Both the position numbers and the translations under genes were made by a program. Shown here one piece after another: positions 42,580 to 53,794 of a DNA stretch of 64,000 nucleotides. This stretch comes from Trichormus sp. ATA11-4-KO1 (lineage in GTDB: Bacteria > Cyanobacteriota > Cyanobacteriia > Cyanobacteriales > Nostocaceae), in the NCBI GenBank assembly GCA_019358915.1, contig JAHHIM010000012.1, positions 66,981 through 130,980 on the forward strand, in the 5' to 3' direction. The number at the start of each line of letters is the position of its first letter. Position 1 is the stretch's first letter. The notes beneath the pieces are model-generated. The model was not told the DNA's origin and did not search any database. It saw nothing but the letters and a program-made list of their open reading frames with translations.

Positions 42580-45210
42580 ATGTCGTTTGTGCCATTACAT
42601 ATTCATAGTGACTACAGCTTGCTTGATGGAGCAAGTCAACTGCCGGAATTGGTAGATCAAGCGATCGCTCTAGGGATGAAGGCGATCGCTCTCACCGACC
42701 ACGGTGTCATGTATGGTGCTGTAGAATTGATTAAAATCTGCCGTAGTAAGAACATTAAGCCAATTATTGGCAACGAAATGTATATAATTAACGGCGATAT
42801 TGAAAAACAAGAACGCCGCCCTAAATATCATCAAGTTGTCCTAGCTAAAAATACCCAAGGTTATAAAAACTTAGTTAAATTAACTACTATATCCCACCTC
42901 CAAGGTGTCCAAGGTAAAGGTATTTTTTCTCGTCCTTGTATTAATAAAGATTTACTCAAACAATATCGTGAAGGTTTAATTGTCACAAGTGCTTGTTTAG
43001 GTGGAGAAATACCCCAAGCAATCCTCAGTGGTAGACCAGATGCCGCGCGTAAAGTTGCCAGGTGGTATAAAGAAGTATTTGGTGATGATTATTATTTAGA
43101 AATTCAAGACCACGGCTCCCAAGAAGACCGAATTGTTAATGTTGAAATCGTTAAAATTGCCCGGGAATTAGATATTAAATTCGTTGCTACTAATGACTCT
43201 CATTTTATATCTTGTTTCGATGTAGAAGCCCACGACGCTTTACTATGTATTCAAACTGGCAAACTAATTATTGAAGATAATCGAATGCGTTATAGCGGCA
43301 CAGAATATCTCAAATCCGCCGCAGAAATGCATCTGCTATTTCGTGATCATTTACCAGATGATGTGATTGCTGAAGCGGTGGCTACCACTGAAGAAGTTGC
43401 CGATAAAGTTGAGCCTTACCATATTATGGGTGAGCCGCAAATTCCTACACCTCCCATTCCTTCCGGTCATACTCCTGACACCTACGCCGAAGAAGTAGCT
43501 TGGCAAGGACTTTTAGACAGGTTAAATCGCAAATCCCGCAACGAAGTTGATCCAGTCTATAAAGAAAGATTGGAATATGAATTAAAAATGCTTCAGCAGA
43601 TGGGTTTTTCTACTTACTTTTTAGTGGTGTGGGACTACATCAAGTTTGCTAGAGATAATAACATTCCTGTGGGGCCGGGTCGTGGTTCTGCTGCTGGTTC
43701 ATTGGTTGCTTATGCAATGCGAATTACCAATATTGACCCAGTACATCATGGGTTACTATTCGAGCGATTCTTGAACCCAGAACGTAAATCAATGCCTGAT
43801 ATTGATACTGATTTTTGCATTGAAAAACGGGATAAAGTTATTGAATATGTAACAGAAAAATACGGCAAAGATAGAGTTGCTCAAATCATTACCTTTAACC
43901 GCCTAACTTCCAAAGCAGTTTTGAAAGATGTTGCCAGAGTACTGAATATTCCCTATGGGGAATCAGACAAAATGGCGAAATTAATTCCCGTAGTGCGGGG
44001 TAAACCCACCAAACTCAAAGTGATGATTTCGGATGCAACCCCAGCACCAGAATTTAAAGAAAAATATGATAATGATCCGAAAGTTCGCCATTGGGTAGAT
44101 ATGGCGATGCGAATTGAAGGAACTAACAAAACCTTTGGTGTCCACGCAGCCGGGGTAGTGATTTCTGCTGACCCTTTAGATGAAATTGTCCCGCTACAAA
44201 GGAATAATGACGGCTCAGTGATTACCCAGTATTTTATGGAAGACTTGGAATCAATGGGTTTGTTAAAAATGGATTTTCTGGGGTTACGCAACTTGACCCT
44301 GATTCAAAAAACAATTGACTTAATTGAACAAACTAGTGGCTATCGAATTGACCCAGATGAAATTACAGGTCAAGAAAGAAAAGCTCAAAAAATATTAGCT
44401 AAAGGTGAACATAGTACTCTACCCAAAGATGTGAAAAAATCCTATGAACTTTTAGAAGCTGGGGAATTAGAAGGAATATTTCAATTAGAATCTTCAGGAA
44501 TGCGTCAGATAGTACGAGATTTAAAACCTTCTAATATTGAAGATATTTCTTCCATCTTGGCATTGTATCGACCAGGCCCCTTAGATGCAGGACTGATCCC
44601 TAAGTTTATTAACCGCAAACATGGAAGAGAGACAATAGAATATCAAAGTCAGATTCTTGAACCCGTACTGAATGAAACCTATGGAATTATGGTTTATCAA
44701 GAGCAAATCATGAAAATTGCTCAAGATATGGCCGGATATTCTCTAGGACAAGCTGACTTACTGCGTCGTGCAATGGGTAAAAAGAAAGTTGCAGAAATGC
44801 AAAAGCAGCGAGAGAAATTCGTAGATGGTGCAGCAAAAAATGGCGTAAAAAAACAAGTAGCTGATGAATTATTTGAGCAAATGTTGAAGTTTGCTGAATA
44901 TTGTTTAAGCTCTGATACAGAAATTTTAACGGTAGAATATGGCTTCATTTCCATTGGAGAAATTGTCGAAAAAGCCATTGAATGTAATGTGTACAGTATT
45001 GATAGTAATGGTAATGTTTACACACAACCAATTGCACAGTGGCACAATCGCGGGCAACAAGAAGTATTTGAGTATTCTTTAGAAGATGGTTCAATTATTC
45101 GGGCAACAAAAGACCATAAGTTTATGACTACTGACGGGCAAATGTTGCCAATTGATGAGATATTTGCACAGGAATTAGATTTGTTGCAAGTTCAAGGTTT
45201 GCCGAAATAG
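42580..45210 (+). CDS. dnaE-N: DNA polymerase III alpha subunit, N-terminal part, with split-intein N fragment
   Basis: PHP domain ([11 protein letters not shown]), [15 protein letters not shown]; ends [18 protein letters not shown]...LDL..., with the intein at 44902-45207 (102 aa). Confidence 0.97.
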   Translation: MSFVPLHIHSDYSLLDGASQLPELVDQAIALGMKAIALTDHGVMYGAVELIKICRSKNIKPIIGNEMYIINGDIEKQERRPKYHQVVLAKNTQGYKNLVKLTTISHLQGVQGKGIFSRPCINKDLLKQYREGLIVTSACLGGEIPQAILSGRPDAARKVARWYKEVFGDDYYLEIQDHGSQEDRIVNVEIVKIARELDIKFVATNDSHFISCFDVEAHDALLCIQTGKLIIEDNRMRYSGTEYLKSAAEMHLLFRDHLPDDVIAEAVATTEEVADKVEPYHIMGEPQIPTPPIPSGHTPDTYAEEVAWQGLLDRLNRKSRNEVDPVYKERLEYELKMLQQMGFSTYFLVVWDYIKFARDNNIPVGPGRGSAAGSLVAYAMRITNIDPVHHGLLFERFLNPERKSMPDIDTDFCIEKRDKVIEYVTEKYGKDRVAQIITFNRLTSKAVLKDVARVLNIPYGESDKMAKLIPVVRGKPTKLKVMISDATPAPEFKEKYDNDPKVRHWVDMAMRIEGTNKTFGVHAAGVVISADPLDEIVPLQRNNDGSVITQYFMEDLESMGLLKMDFLGLRNLTLIQKTIDLIEQTSGYRIDPDEITGQERKAQKILAKGEHSTLPKDVKKSYELLEAGELEGIFQLESSGMRQIVRDLKPSNIEDISSILALYRPGPLDAGLIPKFINRKHGRETIEYQSQILEPVLNETYGIMVYQEQIMKIAQDMAGYSLGQADLLRRAMGKKKVAEMQKQREKFVDGAAKNGVKKQVADELFEQMLKFAEYCLSSDTEILTVEYGFISIGEIVEKAIECNVYSIDSNGNVYTQPIAQWHNRGQQEVFEYSLEDGSIIRATKDHKFMTTDGQMLPIDEIFAQELDLLQVQGLPK

Positions 45211-45390
45211 CTCTAGCAAATACATAGCAGTTGCCAAATAGCTGAGGACATTAACTGCTATAAATTAAATAAAGCACGAAGCCGCAAACTAAACCCAAGT
45301 CAAAACAGACTATGGGCAAGAACATATTTTTAACTTAATATCTCAGCTACAAATCCTTAAAAACTGTCTTGGGAAAGTTGCGGCGCGCTC

Positions 45391-46011
45391 CTAATTTTCT
45401 AACTCCCGATACCGTTGTTGAATATCAGCAATTGTAAACACCGCTTGAAAGTTCAACCCCACCGACTGGTAAAACTCTGCTCCACCTTGTAATCGGTCTA
45501 CTAGTGAAATTATTGAACCTACTGTATAACCTGCATCTCTCAGCCGCTCAACTGCTTTCATAGCCGATCGCCCGGTAGTGACGACATCTTCCAAAACTGT
45601 AATTTTTGCACCTTCTGGCAAATTTGGCCCTTCAATATAAGCTTTTGTCCCATGACCTTTGGCTTCTTTACGAATAATCAGCGCTGGTATCGGTCGATTT
45701 TCATAAGCAGAAACTACACTTACTGCTGTGACAATGGGATCAGCACCCAGTGTTAAACCAGCTACAGCCTGGGTATCTGTCGGCAATAAAGACAAGAGAA
45801 TGCGACCAATGGCTAAAGCGCCTTGGGGGTGAAGTGTTACTTGTTTACCATTGATGTAGTAGGAACTACTTTGTCCAGAAGAAAGGACAAAATCACCTTC
45901 TTGATAAGCCAGTTGGCAGAATAAATCTAATAGTTTGCTGTGCAGAGTATTTAAGTCAGTAGTAGCTGCACAAATATCTGATTGGGTAAAGGTTTCAGTA
46001 GTATACGTCAT
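45391..46011 (-). CDS. pyrE: Orotate phosphoribosyltransferase
   Basis: FVLSSG, RKEAKGHG, VLEDVVTTGRS. Confidence 0.96.
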   Translation of the reverse strand: MTYTTETFTQSDICAATTDLNTLHSKLLDLFCQLAYQEGDFVLSSGQSSSYYINGKQVTLHPQGALAIGRILLSLLPTDTQAVAGLTLGADPIVTAVSVVSAYENRPIPALIIRKEAKGHGTKAYIEGPNLPEGAKITVLEDVVTTGRSAMKAVERLRDAGYTVGSIISLVDRLQGGAEFYQSVGLNFQAVFTIADIQQRYRELEN

Positions 46012-46113
46012 TACAAAATAGGAAAAGTTGTGCTACACCAAAGGTTGAACTGATGAGAGTTCTCAAATTAAGCATAAGTTAAGATTTGCCCAAAACATTG
46101 AGGAGTAAAGAAG

Positions 46114-46548
46114 ATGAGTATAAAAGTTAAAACCTTTGGTGGTTTATTAGTATTGCTAGCTTCTAGCATTTTTGTTCCTTCTGTGGCGATCGCCCAAACG
46201 GAAACACCTAATTATGAAACCACACATGATGTCTTTGAGCGCGCATTTTTTCGACACGATCGCAACTTCTACGAGAATACCACCCCTAAGCGTCAGCTAG
46301 ATGCAATACTGGGTTCCGGTTCGGGTTTTCGTAATTCTTTCCCAGAAAATGAAATTGCTCGTGATGCTGAATTGGTAAATACTCTGTATCGTGATGTCAT
46401 GACCCAGCAGGTGAGCAATGATCCCTATCTTCGTACTCCTGATTTACCAAATCCTTATGACACATCCTTGTTGATGTCTCCCCGTTTGAATGCCAACAAG
46501 CTAAGAGTCGGTACTGAATTCCGATTTGAAAATATGTCACAACGCTAA
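46114..46548 (+). CDS. Hypothetical exported protein
   Basis: Signal peptide ending AIA-Q; strong gaggag RBS. Confidence 0.75.
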   Translation: MSIKVKTFGGLLVLLASSIFVPSVAIAQTETPNYETTHDVFERAFFRHDRNFYENTTPKRQLDAILGSGSGFRNSFPENEIARDAELVNTLYRDVMTQQVSNDPYLRTPDLPNPYDTSLLMSPRLNANKLRVGTEFRFENMSQR

Positions 46549-46640
46549 AATTGCTGGGTATTGGGGACTGGGGTTTGGTATTTTTTACTCAGCACTCCCC
46601 TTCGACTTCGCTCAGGGCAAGCGCACTCAGCACTAAAAAA

Positions 46641-46713
46641 TCCAGGGTGCAGGAGTTGAACCTGCCTTGGGCGAATTATGAGTTCGCTGCCTCAACCGCT
46701 CGGCCAACCCTGG
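46641..46713 (-). tRNA. tRNA with CAT anticodon, most likely tRNA-Ile2 (lysidine)
   Basis: Minus strand CCAGGGTTGGCCGAGCGGTTGAGGCAGCGAACT-CAT-AATTCGCCCAAGGCAGGTTCAACTCCTGCACCCTGGA folds as a cloverleaf. It lacks the initiator GGG/CCC anticodon stem; CCA is not encoded. Ile2 versus Met is inferred. Confidence 0.9.
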
Positions 46714-46917
46714 TCAAAGACCAATTATAGCGTAATTTCATCGCTTGTGCTGACTCGACAAAATTGTATCAGATTTTTATACTACATATTTAACTGTGAA
46801 ATAGTGCAAACTAGTATTGATTAAGTTCTTTTAAGGATTGAAGTATATCGCTTCAATACTCTTATTCTTCAATACGCTTAAAATAGGCCAGCGTTTTTCC
46901 GCAATAGCTTGTCAGCG

Positions 46918-47619
46918 ATGAAAATAAATTCCACTGTATTTTTGACTTTAATTTTGTTAGTCCTGATGCTGGGAGCAGGTTCTGTAAGTGCATTTTTGGG
47001 TTTTGAGATGGGGAGTGCAGCACTTAAAGGGGTAACCACACCAGATGGTCGTCCTACAACCAAATTTCCTAGCAGTAAGGCCAATAGCTCTCAACAGATG
47101 GGGGTAGCACTATTAAAAGAAGAAGAAATCTTGAAAATTGTCAAGGCACGGATTGAGGGTAAAACCAAGGCCGCTAAATCGGAAAAACTAGAGGAAGATG
47201 ACGAGGAAACCAAAAGCAGTAGGCAGAAACCTAAGGAAAAACCTCCAGAAGTAGTTGAAGAAAAGCTCCAACCAGGATTTCCGGTTACTGCTGAGAATGA
47301 GGGCGTAACTTTTGCGGTGCAGTCTGTCCGCTATTCTGGCGGTGATTTACTCATGAGAGTGAATATGCAGAATAAAGGTACTGATTCTGTGCGCTTCTTG
47401 TATAGTTTTTTAGATATTACTGACGACAAAGGACGAACACTGAGTGCTAGCACTGAGGGTTTACCAGCAGAATTACCTGCAAATGGCCCAACTTTTTCAG
47501 GTACGGTGATTATTCCCACAGCTTTACTGGATGATGTGAATAAGATATCCCTGTCTTTGACAGATTATCCTGCACAAAAGCTCAAGCTACAGGTGTTAGA
47601 TGTTCCTGTAGAAAGGTAG
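46918..47619 (+). CDS. Hypothetical protein with N-terminal membrane anchor
   Basis: Hydrophobic N-terminus, charged linker, beta-rich C-terminal domain. Confidence 0.75.
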   Translation: MKINSTVFLTLILLVLMLGAGSVSAFLGFEMGSAALKGVTTPDGRPTTKFPSSKANSSQQMGVALLKEEEILKIVKARIEGKTKAAKSEKLEEDDEETKSSRQKPKEKPPEVVEEKLQPGFPVTAENEGVTFAVQSVRYSGGDLLMRVNMQNKGTDSVRFLYSFLDITDDKGRTLSASTEGLPAELPANGPTFSGTVIIPTALLDDVNKISLSLTDYPAQKLKLQVLDVPVER

Positions 47620-47784
47620 GCGGGGTTATCTAGGGACTGGGGACTGGGGACGAGGTGAAACAGTGCGGCGGAAGGGTTAGCCCGACCTAGGTGACTGCGA
47701 ATTCAAAGGGGGACACGGGGACAAGAAAGATGATTACCCAATACCCAATACCCGATCCCCAATGCCTAATCCCAAAATGGGGGC

Positions 47785-49164
47785 GTGATTTTTACACGAG
47801 CTTTGGCGGTGAGTGGTTTTCCTGATTTAATTTGGACGGATGTGGGGTTGCGATTGTTATCAGTACTATTACTGATTGCCATCAATGCTTTTTTTGTCGC
47901 GGCAGAATTTTCAATGGTGACAGTACGGCGATCGCGTATCCATCAGCTGGTTAAAGCTGGTGACATTCCGGCGATCGCTGTTGAGGGACTACAACGTAGT
48001 ATTGAAAGACTACTATCTACGACTCAGTTAGGCATTACCCTTTCTAGTTTGGCGCTGGGATGGATTGGCGAAAGTTCCATTGCTGTCTTGGTGGATTTAT
48101 GGCTAAAATCTTGGCCTTTACCCGAAAGGATGAGTAACTTAATAGCTCATTCCCTATCAATTCCCATCGCTTTTTTCTTAATTACCTATCTGCAAATTGT
48201 TTTAGGAGAACTATGTCCTAAATCAGTAGCTTTGCTCTACTCAGAAGAACTAGCACGATTTTTAGGCCCTTCAGTCAAAGCAATTATGCGCTTTTTCGGC
48301 CCCTTCGTCTGGATTCTCAACCAATCAACCCGGTTTCTGTTGCGGCTTTTTGGCATCGAATACACTGGCCAAAGTTGGCGATCGCCTGTTACTTCTGAGG
48401 AATTGCAGTTAATTATCTCTACAGAAAGAGAATCTACTGGTTTACAGATGGCAGAGCGAGAACTGCTGAATAATGTCTTTGAGTTCGGGGATGTGATGGC
48501 ACAAGATGTGATGATTCCCCGTACTGGCATTGTTGCTTTGCCAAAAGATGCCACTTTCCATACCTTACTTCAGGAAATGACATCTACTGGTCACTCACGC
48601 TATCCCGTCATTGGAGAATCTTTAGACGACATTCGCGGCATAGTTTACTTTAGGGATTTGGCACAACCTTTAGCTATGGGGAAACTGACTTCAGAAGTAC
48701 AGATCCAAACTTGGATGCGTCCCGCCCGGTTTGTACCGGAAAACACACCCTTGAGTGAACTATTACCTATGATGCAGCAAGAAAAACCAGCAATGGTGAT
48801 AGTCGTCAATGAGTTTGGCGGTACTGTGGGATTGGTAACCATCCAAGATGTAATTGCCGAAATTATTGGCAATGCAGGCGAACCTGATAGCAGCGACGAT
48901 TTGCTGATTGAGATGTTAGATAAGCAGACATTTTTGGTGCAAGCCCAGATTAACTTAGAAGACCTCAACCAGGTCTTACATCTTAATTTGCCCTTCACGA
49001 AGGAATATCAGACGTTGGGTGGTTTTGTGCTGTACCAATTACAGAAAATACCTGCCAAAGGCGAAACCTTACACTATGAAAATCTCGAATTCACTGTTGT
49101 GACAACTGTTGGGCCACGCTTGCATCAAATCCAAGTGCGACGCTTAGAAGAGGAGGGGGGATGA
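47785..49164 (+). CDS. HlyC/CorC (CNNM) family protein: DUF21-CBS-CorC
   Basis: FFVAAEFS, TQLGIT, GELCPK, HSRYPV, VNEFGGTVGLVT, TLGGF; exact start uncertain. Confidence 0.92.
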   Translation: MIFTRALAVSGFPDLIWTDVGLRLLSVLLLIAINAFFVAAEFSMVTVRRSRIHQLVKAGDIPAIAVEGLQRSIERLLSTTQLGITLSSLALGWIGESSIAVLVDLWLKSWPLPERMSNLIAHSLSIPIAFFLITYLQIVLGELCPKSVALLYSEELARFLGPSVKAIMRFFGPFVWILNQSTRFLLRLFGIEYTGQSWRSPVTSEELQLIISTERESTGLQMAERELLNNVFEFGDVMAQDVMIPRTGIVALPKDATFHTLLQEMTSTGHSRYPVIGESLDDIRGIVYFRDLAQPLAMGKLTSEVQIQTWMRPARFVPENTPLSELLPMMQQEKPAMVIVVNEFGGTVGLVTIQDVIAEIIGNAGEPDSSDDLLIEMLDKQTFLVQAQINLEDLNQVLHLNLPFTKEYQTLGGFVLYQLQKIPAKGETLHYENLEFTVVTTVGPRLHQIQVRRLEEEGG

Positions 49165-49230
49165 GGGAGTGAGGGAGTGGGAAGATGGGGGGACAAGGAA
49201 GATTCTTACCTATGCCCAATGCCCAATTCT

Positions 49231-49911
49231 CTAAACATAGGGCAGTGGGTCTTCCAATCCCAGTTCGGCAAAAGCTGCTAGACGCAAGCGACAAGAATCA
49301 CAGACACCGCAAGCGACATCACTACCCGCATAGCAAGACCAAGTGAGATCCCAAGGAACTCCCAATTGGTTACCAAGTTGAATAATTTCGGTTTTTTTCA
49401 GATTAATTAGGGGTGCAACAATCATGATAGGTTTCCCCTCGCGCCCTTGTTTGGTTCCTAGTCGGAAGACTTCCTGCATTGCCTGGATATAGTCGGGACG
49501 GCAATCAGGATATCCTGAGTAATCTAAGGCATTGACACCGATGTAAACACGCTCAGCCGCGATCGCTTCAGCGTAACCGAGGGCAAAGCTCAAAAAGATT
49601 GTATTGCGTGCAGGTACGTAGGTGACTGGAATATTTTGTGACATTTCATCCAGCGATCGCTCCTGGGGTAAATTAATTGTGTCGTCTGTAAGTGCCGAAC
49701 CACCCCATTGTCGTAAGTTAAAATTGACAACCTGATGTTGATGTTTAGCTACTCCAGCTTTTTGAGCAACAAGGAGGGCTGAGCGCAACTCTCGCCGATG
49801 TCGCTGCTGATAATCAAAAGAAATAGGGTAACATTCATAACCATCAACCTTGGCTTGATACAAAACTGTCGAAGAGTCTAATCCTCCAGACAACAAAATT
49901 ACAGCTTTCAT
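49231..49911 (-). CDS. queC: 7-cyano-7-deazaguanine synthase
   Basis: SGGLDS, YVPARN, YPDCR, TWSCY...CGVCDSC. Confidence 0.97.
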   Translation of the reverse strand: MKAVILLSGGLDSSTVLYQAKVDGYECYPISFDYQQRHRRELRSALLVAQKAGVAKHQHQVVNFNLRQWGGSALTDDTINLPQERSLDEMSQNIPVTYVPARNTIFLSFALGYAEAIAAERVYIGVNALDYSGYPDCRPDYIQAMQEVFRLGTKQGREGKPIMIVAPLINLKKTEIIQLGNQLGVPWDLTWSCYAGSDVACGVCDSCRLRLAAFAELGLEDPLPYV

Positions 49912-50534
49912 CTCAATTTCAAATCTTAAATTTCCATCACCAAATCACCAAAATCAACACCGAGTTGAAAGTGCTGGTAGCGTAGCTCATACTAAGAGAA
50001 CAGCATTCAGCACTAAAGCCACAGAAAACTGTCCATAATATTTCTTCGGACAAGATAGACCTTTCAATCTGTAGGTGTTGCAGATAATTGTGCAAAAATT
50101 ATTTGAGTGTTTCAGTGGTGGCAATTCCAAATATATCCTTTTTTCATACATCCTTCTCAGTGGGAATTTTTTATTTTTTTGTAATTTTTATAACAAAATA
50201 AAGATTAATTTTCAATAGTGTCAATTAGATATCGATCCCGGTAATTAATTGCCCAACTAACTTCTGGGAGTTTTTACTTAGGTCTTACTTAGTTTATGAA
50301 GTCAATAAAAAGACACTTCATATTTTTTGTAAAGTGCCAAAGATTGATCCATTGAGAACTGAATATACAAAAGAAAGCCAAAATTCGGGAACTGATTACA
50401 AACTTTGAAATTCTTCATAAACGTAGCCTCTATGTTACCATCTGGATGGTTTTCGACGGAGCATAACTGGCTGTCAAGTATAAATGCCAACGGCCGTAGC
50501 GTCTCTAAATTTGGTGGTTGAGGAGAGAATAATA

Positions 50535-51617
50535 GTGCAAAATAGCAAGTCAGTGGCAGAACCAAATTCATATACACAGCGCAATCAACCAAAACCGATT
50601 CGCATAGGCGTAATCGGGGTGGGTAACATGGGACAACATCACGTTCGTGTACTGAGTTCAATGAAAGATGTTGAACTAGTCGGTGTGTCAGATATTAATG
50701 TTGACCGAGGCTTGGAAACAGCCAGTAAATACAAAGTACGTTTTTTTGAAGATTACTGTGACCTGCTACCCCATGTGGAAGCAGTTTGTATTGCTGTTCC
50801 TACCCGCCTGCATTACGCAGTAGGTATCAACTGTCTGTTGGCAGGGATTCATGTTTTGATTGAGAAACCGATTGCTGCTAGTATTTCTGAGGCAGAATCG
50901 CTAGTAAATGCTGCGGCCGAATCTCAGTGCATCTTACAAGTTGGTCATATTGAGCGCTTCAATCCAGCATTTAGAGAACTCAGTAAAGTACTCAAAACCG
51001 AGGAAATGCTAGCTTTGGAAGCTCATCGGATGAGTCCTTACTCAGATCGGGCAAATGATGTTTCGGTTGTGCTGGATTTAATGATCCACGACATTGACCT
51101 GCTATTAGAACTAGCCGCTTCTCCAGTAGTGAAGTTGACGGCTAGTGGAACTCGCTCCTTGGACTCTGGTTATTTAGATTACGTGACTGCTACTTTGGGC
51201 TTTGCCAATGGCATAGTTGCTACTCTCACTGCTAGCAAAGTCACTCACCGAAAAATCCGCCGCATTGTGGCTCACTGCAAAAACTCATTTACAGAAGCAG
51301 ATTTCCTCAAAAATGAAATTTTAATTCACCGACAAACAAACACCAGCTCTCTGACTGACCACCGACAAGTCCTTTACAGGCAGGATGGTTTAATTGAGAA
51401 AGTTTACACCACTAACATTCAACCCCTAAGTGCAGAGTTAGAACATTTTGTCAACTGCGTACATGGTGGCAATCAACCTTCGGTTGGTGGTGAACAGGCT
51501 CTTAAAGCTCTGAGATTGGCCAGTTTAATTGAGCAGATGGCGTTGGAAGATCGTGTCTGGAATCCATTAGACTGGGAATCTGAACCGAGAGTACAATCAT
51601 TAACACCAACAGTCTAA
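50535..51617 (+). CDS. Gfo/Idh/MocA family oxidoreductase
   Basis: GVGNMG, EKP, GHIERFNP, DLMIHDID. GTG 50535 after gaggag is preferred to 50484. Confidence 0.9.
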   Translation: MQNSKSVAEPNSYTQRNQPKPIRIGVIGVGNMGQHHVRVLSSMKDVELVGVSDINVDRGLETASKYKVRFFEDYCDLLPHVEAVCIAVPTRLHYAVGINCLLAGIHVLIEKPIAASISEAESLVNAAAESQCILQVGHIERFNPAFRELSKVLKTEEMLALEAHRMSPYSDRANDVSVVLDLMIHDIDLLLELAASPVVKLTASGTRSLDSGYLDYVTATLGFANGIVATLTASKVTHRKIRRIVAHCKNSFTEADFLKNEILIHRQTNTSSLTDHRQVLYRQDGLIEKVYTTNIQPLSAELEHFVNCVHGGNQPSVGGEQALKALRLASLIEQMALEDRVWNPLDWESEPRVQSLTPTV

Positions 51618-51795
51618 AAGAGAGAATCTGGAATGGGGCATTGGGCATTGGGAATAGGTAAGAATCCCCCTTGTCCCCTTGTCCCCCCATCTCCCCACTC
51701 CCTTCCGACTCCAGCGAGCGGAGATCATTAAATTTTGATAAATTTACGTTAAAGTTATCCACGAGACTGGAACGAAAATTTCAGGAATAAATTTA

Positions 51796-52410
51796 ATGCT
51801 CGAATGGATAATTAATACTATTAACTCTCTAGGCTATTGGGGAATTGCTCTACTGATGTTCGTAGAGAACCTATTTCCGCCAATTCCTTCAGAATTGATT
51901 ATGCCACTGGCAGGATTTACGGCAAGGGCAACCCCAGACAAGCTGAATATCTTTGGCGTATTTTTCGCAGGACTTTTAGGTTCTGTAGTAGGCGCACTTA
52001 TCTGGTACTATCCAGGTAAGTTTTTGAGTGAAAAGCGTTTAATAACTTTAGCCGACAAGTATGGACAGTGGTTGACTATATCCAGCCAGGATATTACAAA
52101 AGCAAAGAACTGGTTTGACAAGCAAGGTGGTAGAGCAGTATTTATTGGTCGCCTTGTCCCAGGAATCCGCACTTTGATTTCTGTTCCCGCAGGTATCAGC
52201 AATATGCACTTGCTGCCATTCATATTTTATACAACTGTGGGTAGCGCTGTCTGGGTAGGTTTGCTAACATACTCAGGGTACGTATTAGGTAGTCAGTATG
52301 AACTTGTGGAAAAGTACCTTGCCCCTGTATCTAAAATCGTGCTTGGGATTCTGGTGCTGGCATTTGTTGGCTGGTTACTCAAGCGTCAGCAAAAAAGTAC
52401 CAGGAGCTAA
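51796..52410 (+). CDS. DedA family membrane protein
   Basis: ENLFPPIPSE, GRLVPGIRTLISVPAG. Confidence 0.93.
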   Translation: MLEWIINTINSLGYWGIALLMFVENLFPPIPSELIMPLAGFTARATPDKLNIFGVFFAGLLGSVVGALIWYYPGKFLSEKRLITLADKYGQWLTISSQDITKAKNWFDKQGGRAVFIGRLVPGIRTLISVPAGISNMHLLPFIFYTTVGSAVWVGLLTYSGYVLGSQYELVEKYLAPVSKIVLGILVLAFVGWLLKRQQKSTRS

Positions 52411-52643
52411 GAAACAGCCACTTTTAGTTTGCAGGTGGGGGTTACATCTGGTCAAAATTCGCCTACACTATGCCAAATAATGCTGAATTCGCGTTGGCAA
52501 AGCCCACCGTAAAGGTATCGCCTAAACTAAACATTTGGCGTATTTCTAGCTACACTTGACGGAACCTAGAATTTCTGGTATCTCGAATGTTTGTAAGATG
52601 AGCATGATAAATTTTTACAGTTAAGTAAGGACTAGGAGCTTTC

Positions 52644-53789
52644 ATGACAGACCAACCTTCCGCCGCTACTCCAATGAATGCTGCTGCCATACCTCTAAAT
52701 AGAGTGTCAGCATCTACCCCGATTAATACTCCGACTAATAGGCCAAATGTCGGTTCTAGCAAAACGATTCTTAGTGTTGATTTAGGCAGAACTTCCACAA
52801 AGACTTGTGTGAGTCGCGAACCCAATAATGTAGTGTTCGTACCTGCCAACGTTAAGAAAATGTCCATAGAACAAGTTCGGGGCGGTGTTTTTGAAGCCCG
52901 AGCTACTGATCCCCTGATGGACTTGTGGCTGGAGTATCAAGGCAATGGATTTGCTGTTGGTCAGCTAGCAGCAGATTTTGGGGCAAATTTAGGAGTCGGT
53001 CAATCTAAAGTAGAAGATGCACTGGTAAAAGTTTTGGCAAGTGCTGGCTACTTCAAACTCAAAGACGATATCTCAGTCGTACTGGGTCTTCCTTTCCTTT
53101 CTTTAGAACAATTTGAAAAAGAAAAAGCACAGTTGACTAGCCAGGTAACTGGCCCTCATGTGTTGAACTTCCGAGGCGAATCTGTATCGCTGAACATTAA
53201 TAAAGTTTGGGTAATGCCAGAAGGCTATGGCAGTCTTTTATGGTCTGAAGCTCAACCTAAAACAGGCGGCAGAGTTCCCGATTTCACAAAAATATCAGTG
53301 GCAGTTGTCGATATTGGCCATCAAACCATTGACCTTTTAATGGTGGATAACTTCCGTTTTGCCCGAGGCGCTTCTAAAAGTGAAGATTTCGGGATGAACA
53401 AGTTTTATGAAATGGTAGCCGCCGAAATAGATGGGGCAGATAGTCAATCTTTAGCGCTGATTTCTGCTGTCAACAAACCCAAAGGTGAGCGCTTCTATCG
53501 TCCTAAAGGTGCTAGCAAGCCCACTAATCTCGATGATTTCCTTCCCAACCTCATAGAGATGTTCTCTAGAGACATTTGTAGCCGCGTGCTAGCTTGGTTG
53601 CCAGAGCGAGTCACCGATGTAATTATCACTGGTGGTGGTGGTGAATTTTTTTGGGAAGACGTTCAACGTTTACTTAAAGAAGCCCAAATTAATGCCCACT
53701 TATCCGCACCTTCTCGCCAAGCTAATGCCTTAGGGCAGTATATTTATGGAGAGGCGCAATTGTCCTCCAGTCGGGCTGCTAGGGCTTAA
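52644..53789 (+). CDS. Chromosomal ParM/StbA-family actin-like ATPase (CorM-like)
   Basis: Actin-fold motifs: phosphate-1 SVDLGRTSTK, connect-1 MPEG, phosphate-2 VVDIGHQT, adenosine IITGGGG; aggag RBS. Confidence 0.9.
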   Translation: MTDQPSAATPMNAAAIPLNRVSASTPINTPTNRPNVGSSKTILSVDLGRTSTKTCVSREPNNVVFVPANVKKMSIEQVRGGVFEARATDPLMDLWLEYQGNGFAVGQLAADFGANLGVGQSKVEDALVKVLASAGYFKLKDDISVVLGLPFLSLEQFEKEKAQLTSQVTGPHVLNFRGESVSLNINKVWVMPEGYGSLLWSEAQPKTGGRVPDFTKISVAVVDIGHQTIDLLMVDNFRFARGASKSEDFGMNKFYEMVAAEIDGADSQSLALISAVNKPKGERFYRPKGASKPTNLDDFLPNLIEMFSRDICSRVLAWLPERVTDVIITGGGGEFFWEDVQRLLKEAQINAHLSAPSRQANALGQYIYGEAQLSSSRAARA

Positions 53790-53794
53790 AACTA

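Noticed and set aside
46641..46713. tRNA as the integration site of a genomic island
   Set aside because: No integrase and no duplicated tRNA 3' end in the window; the flanks are core genes.
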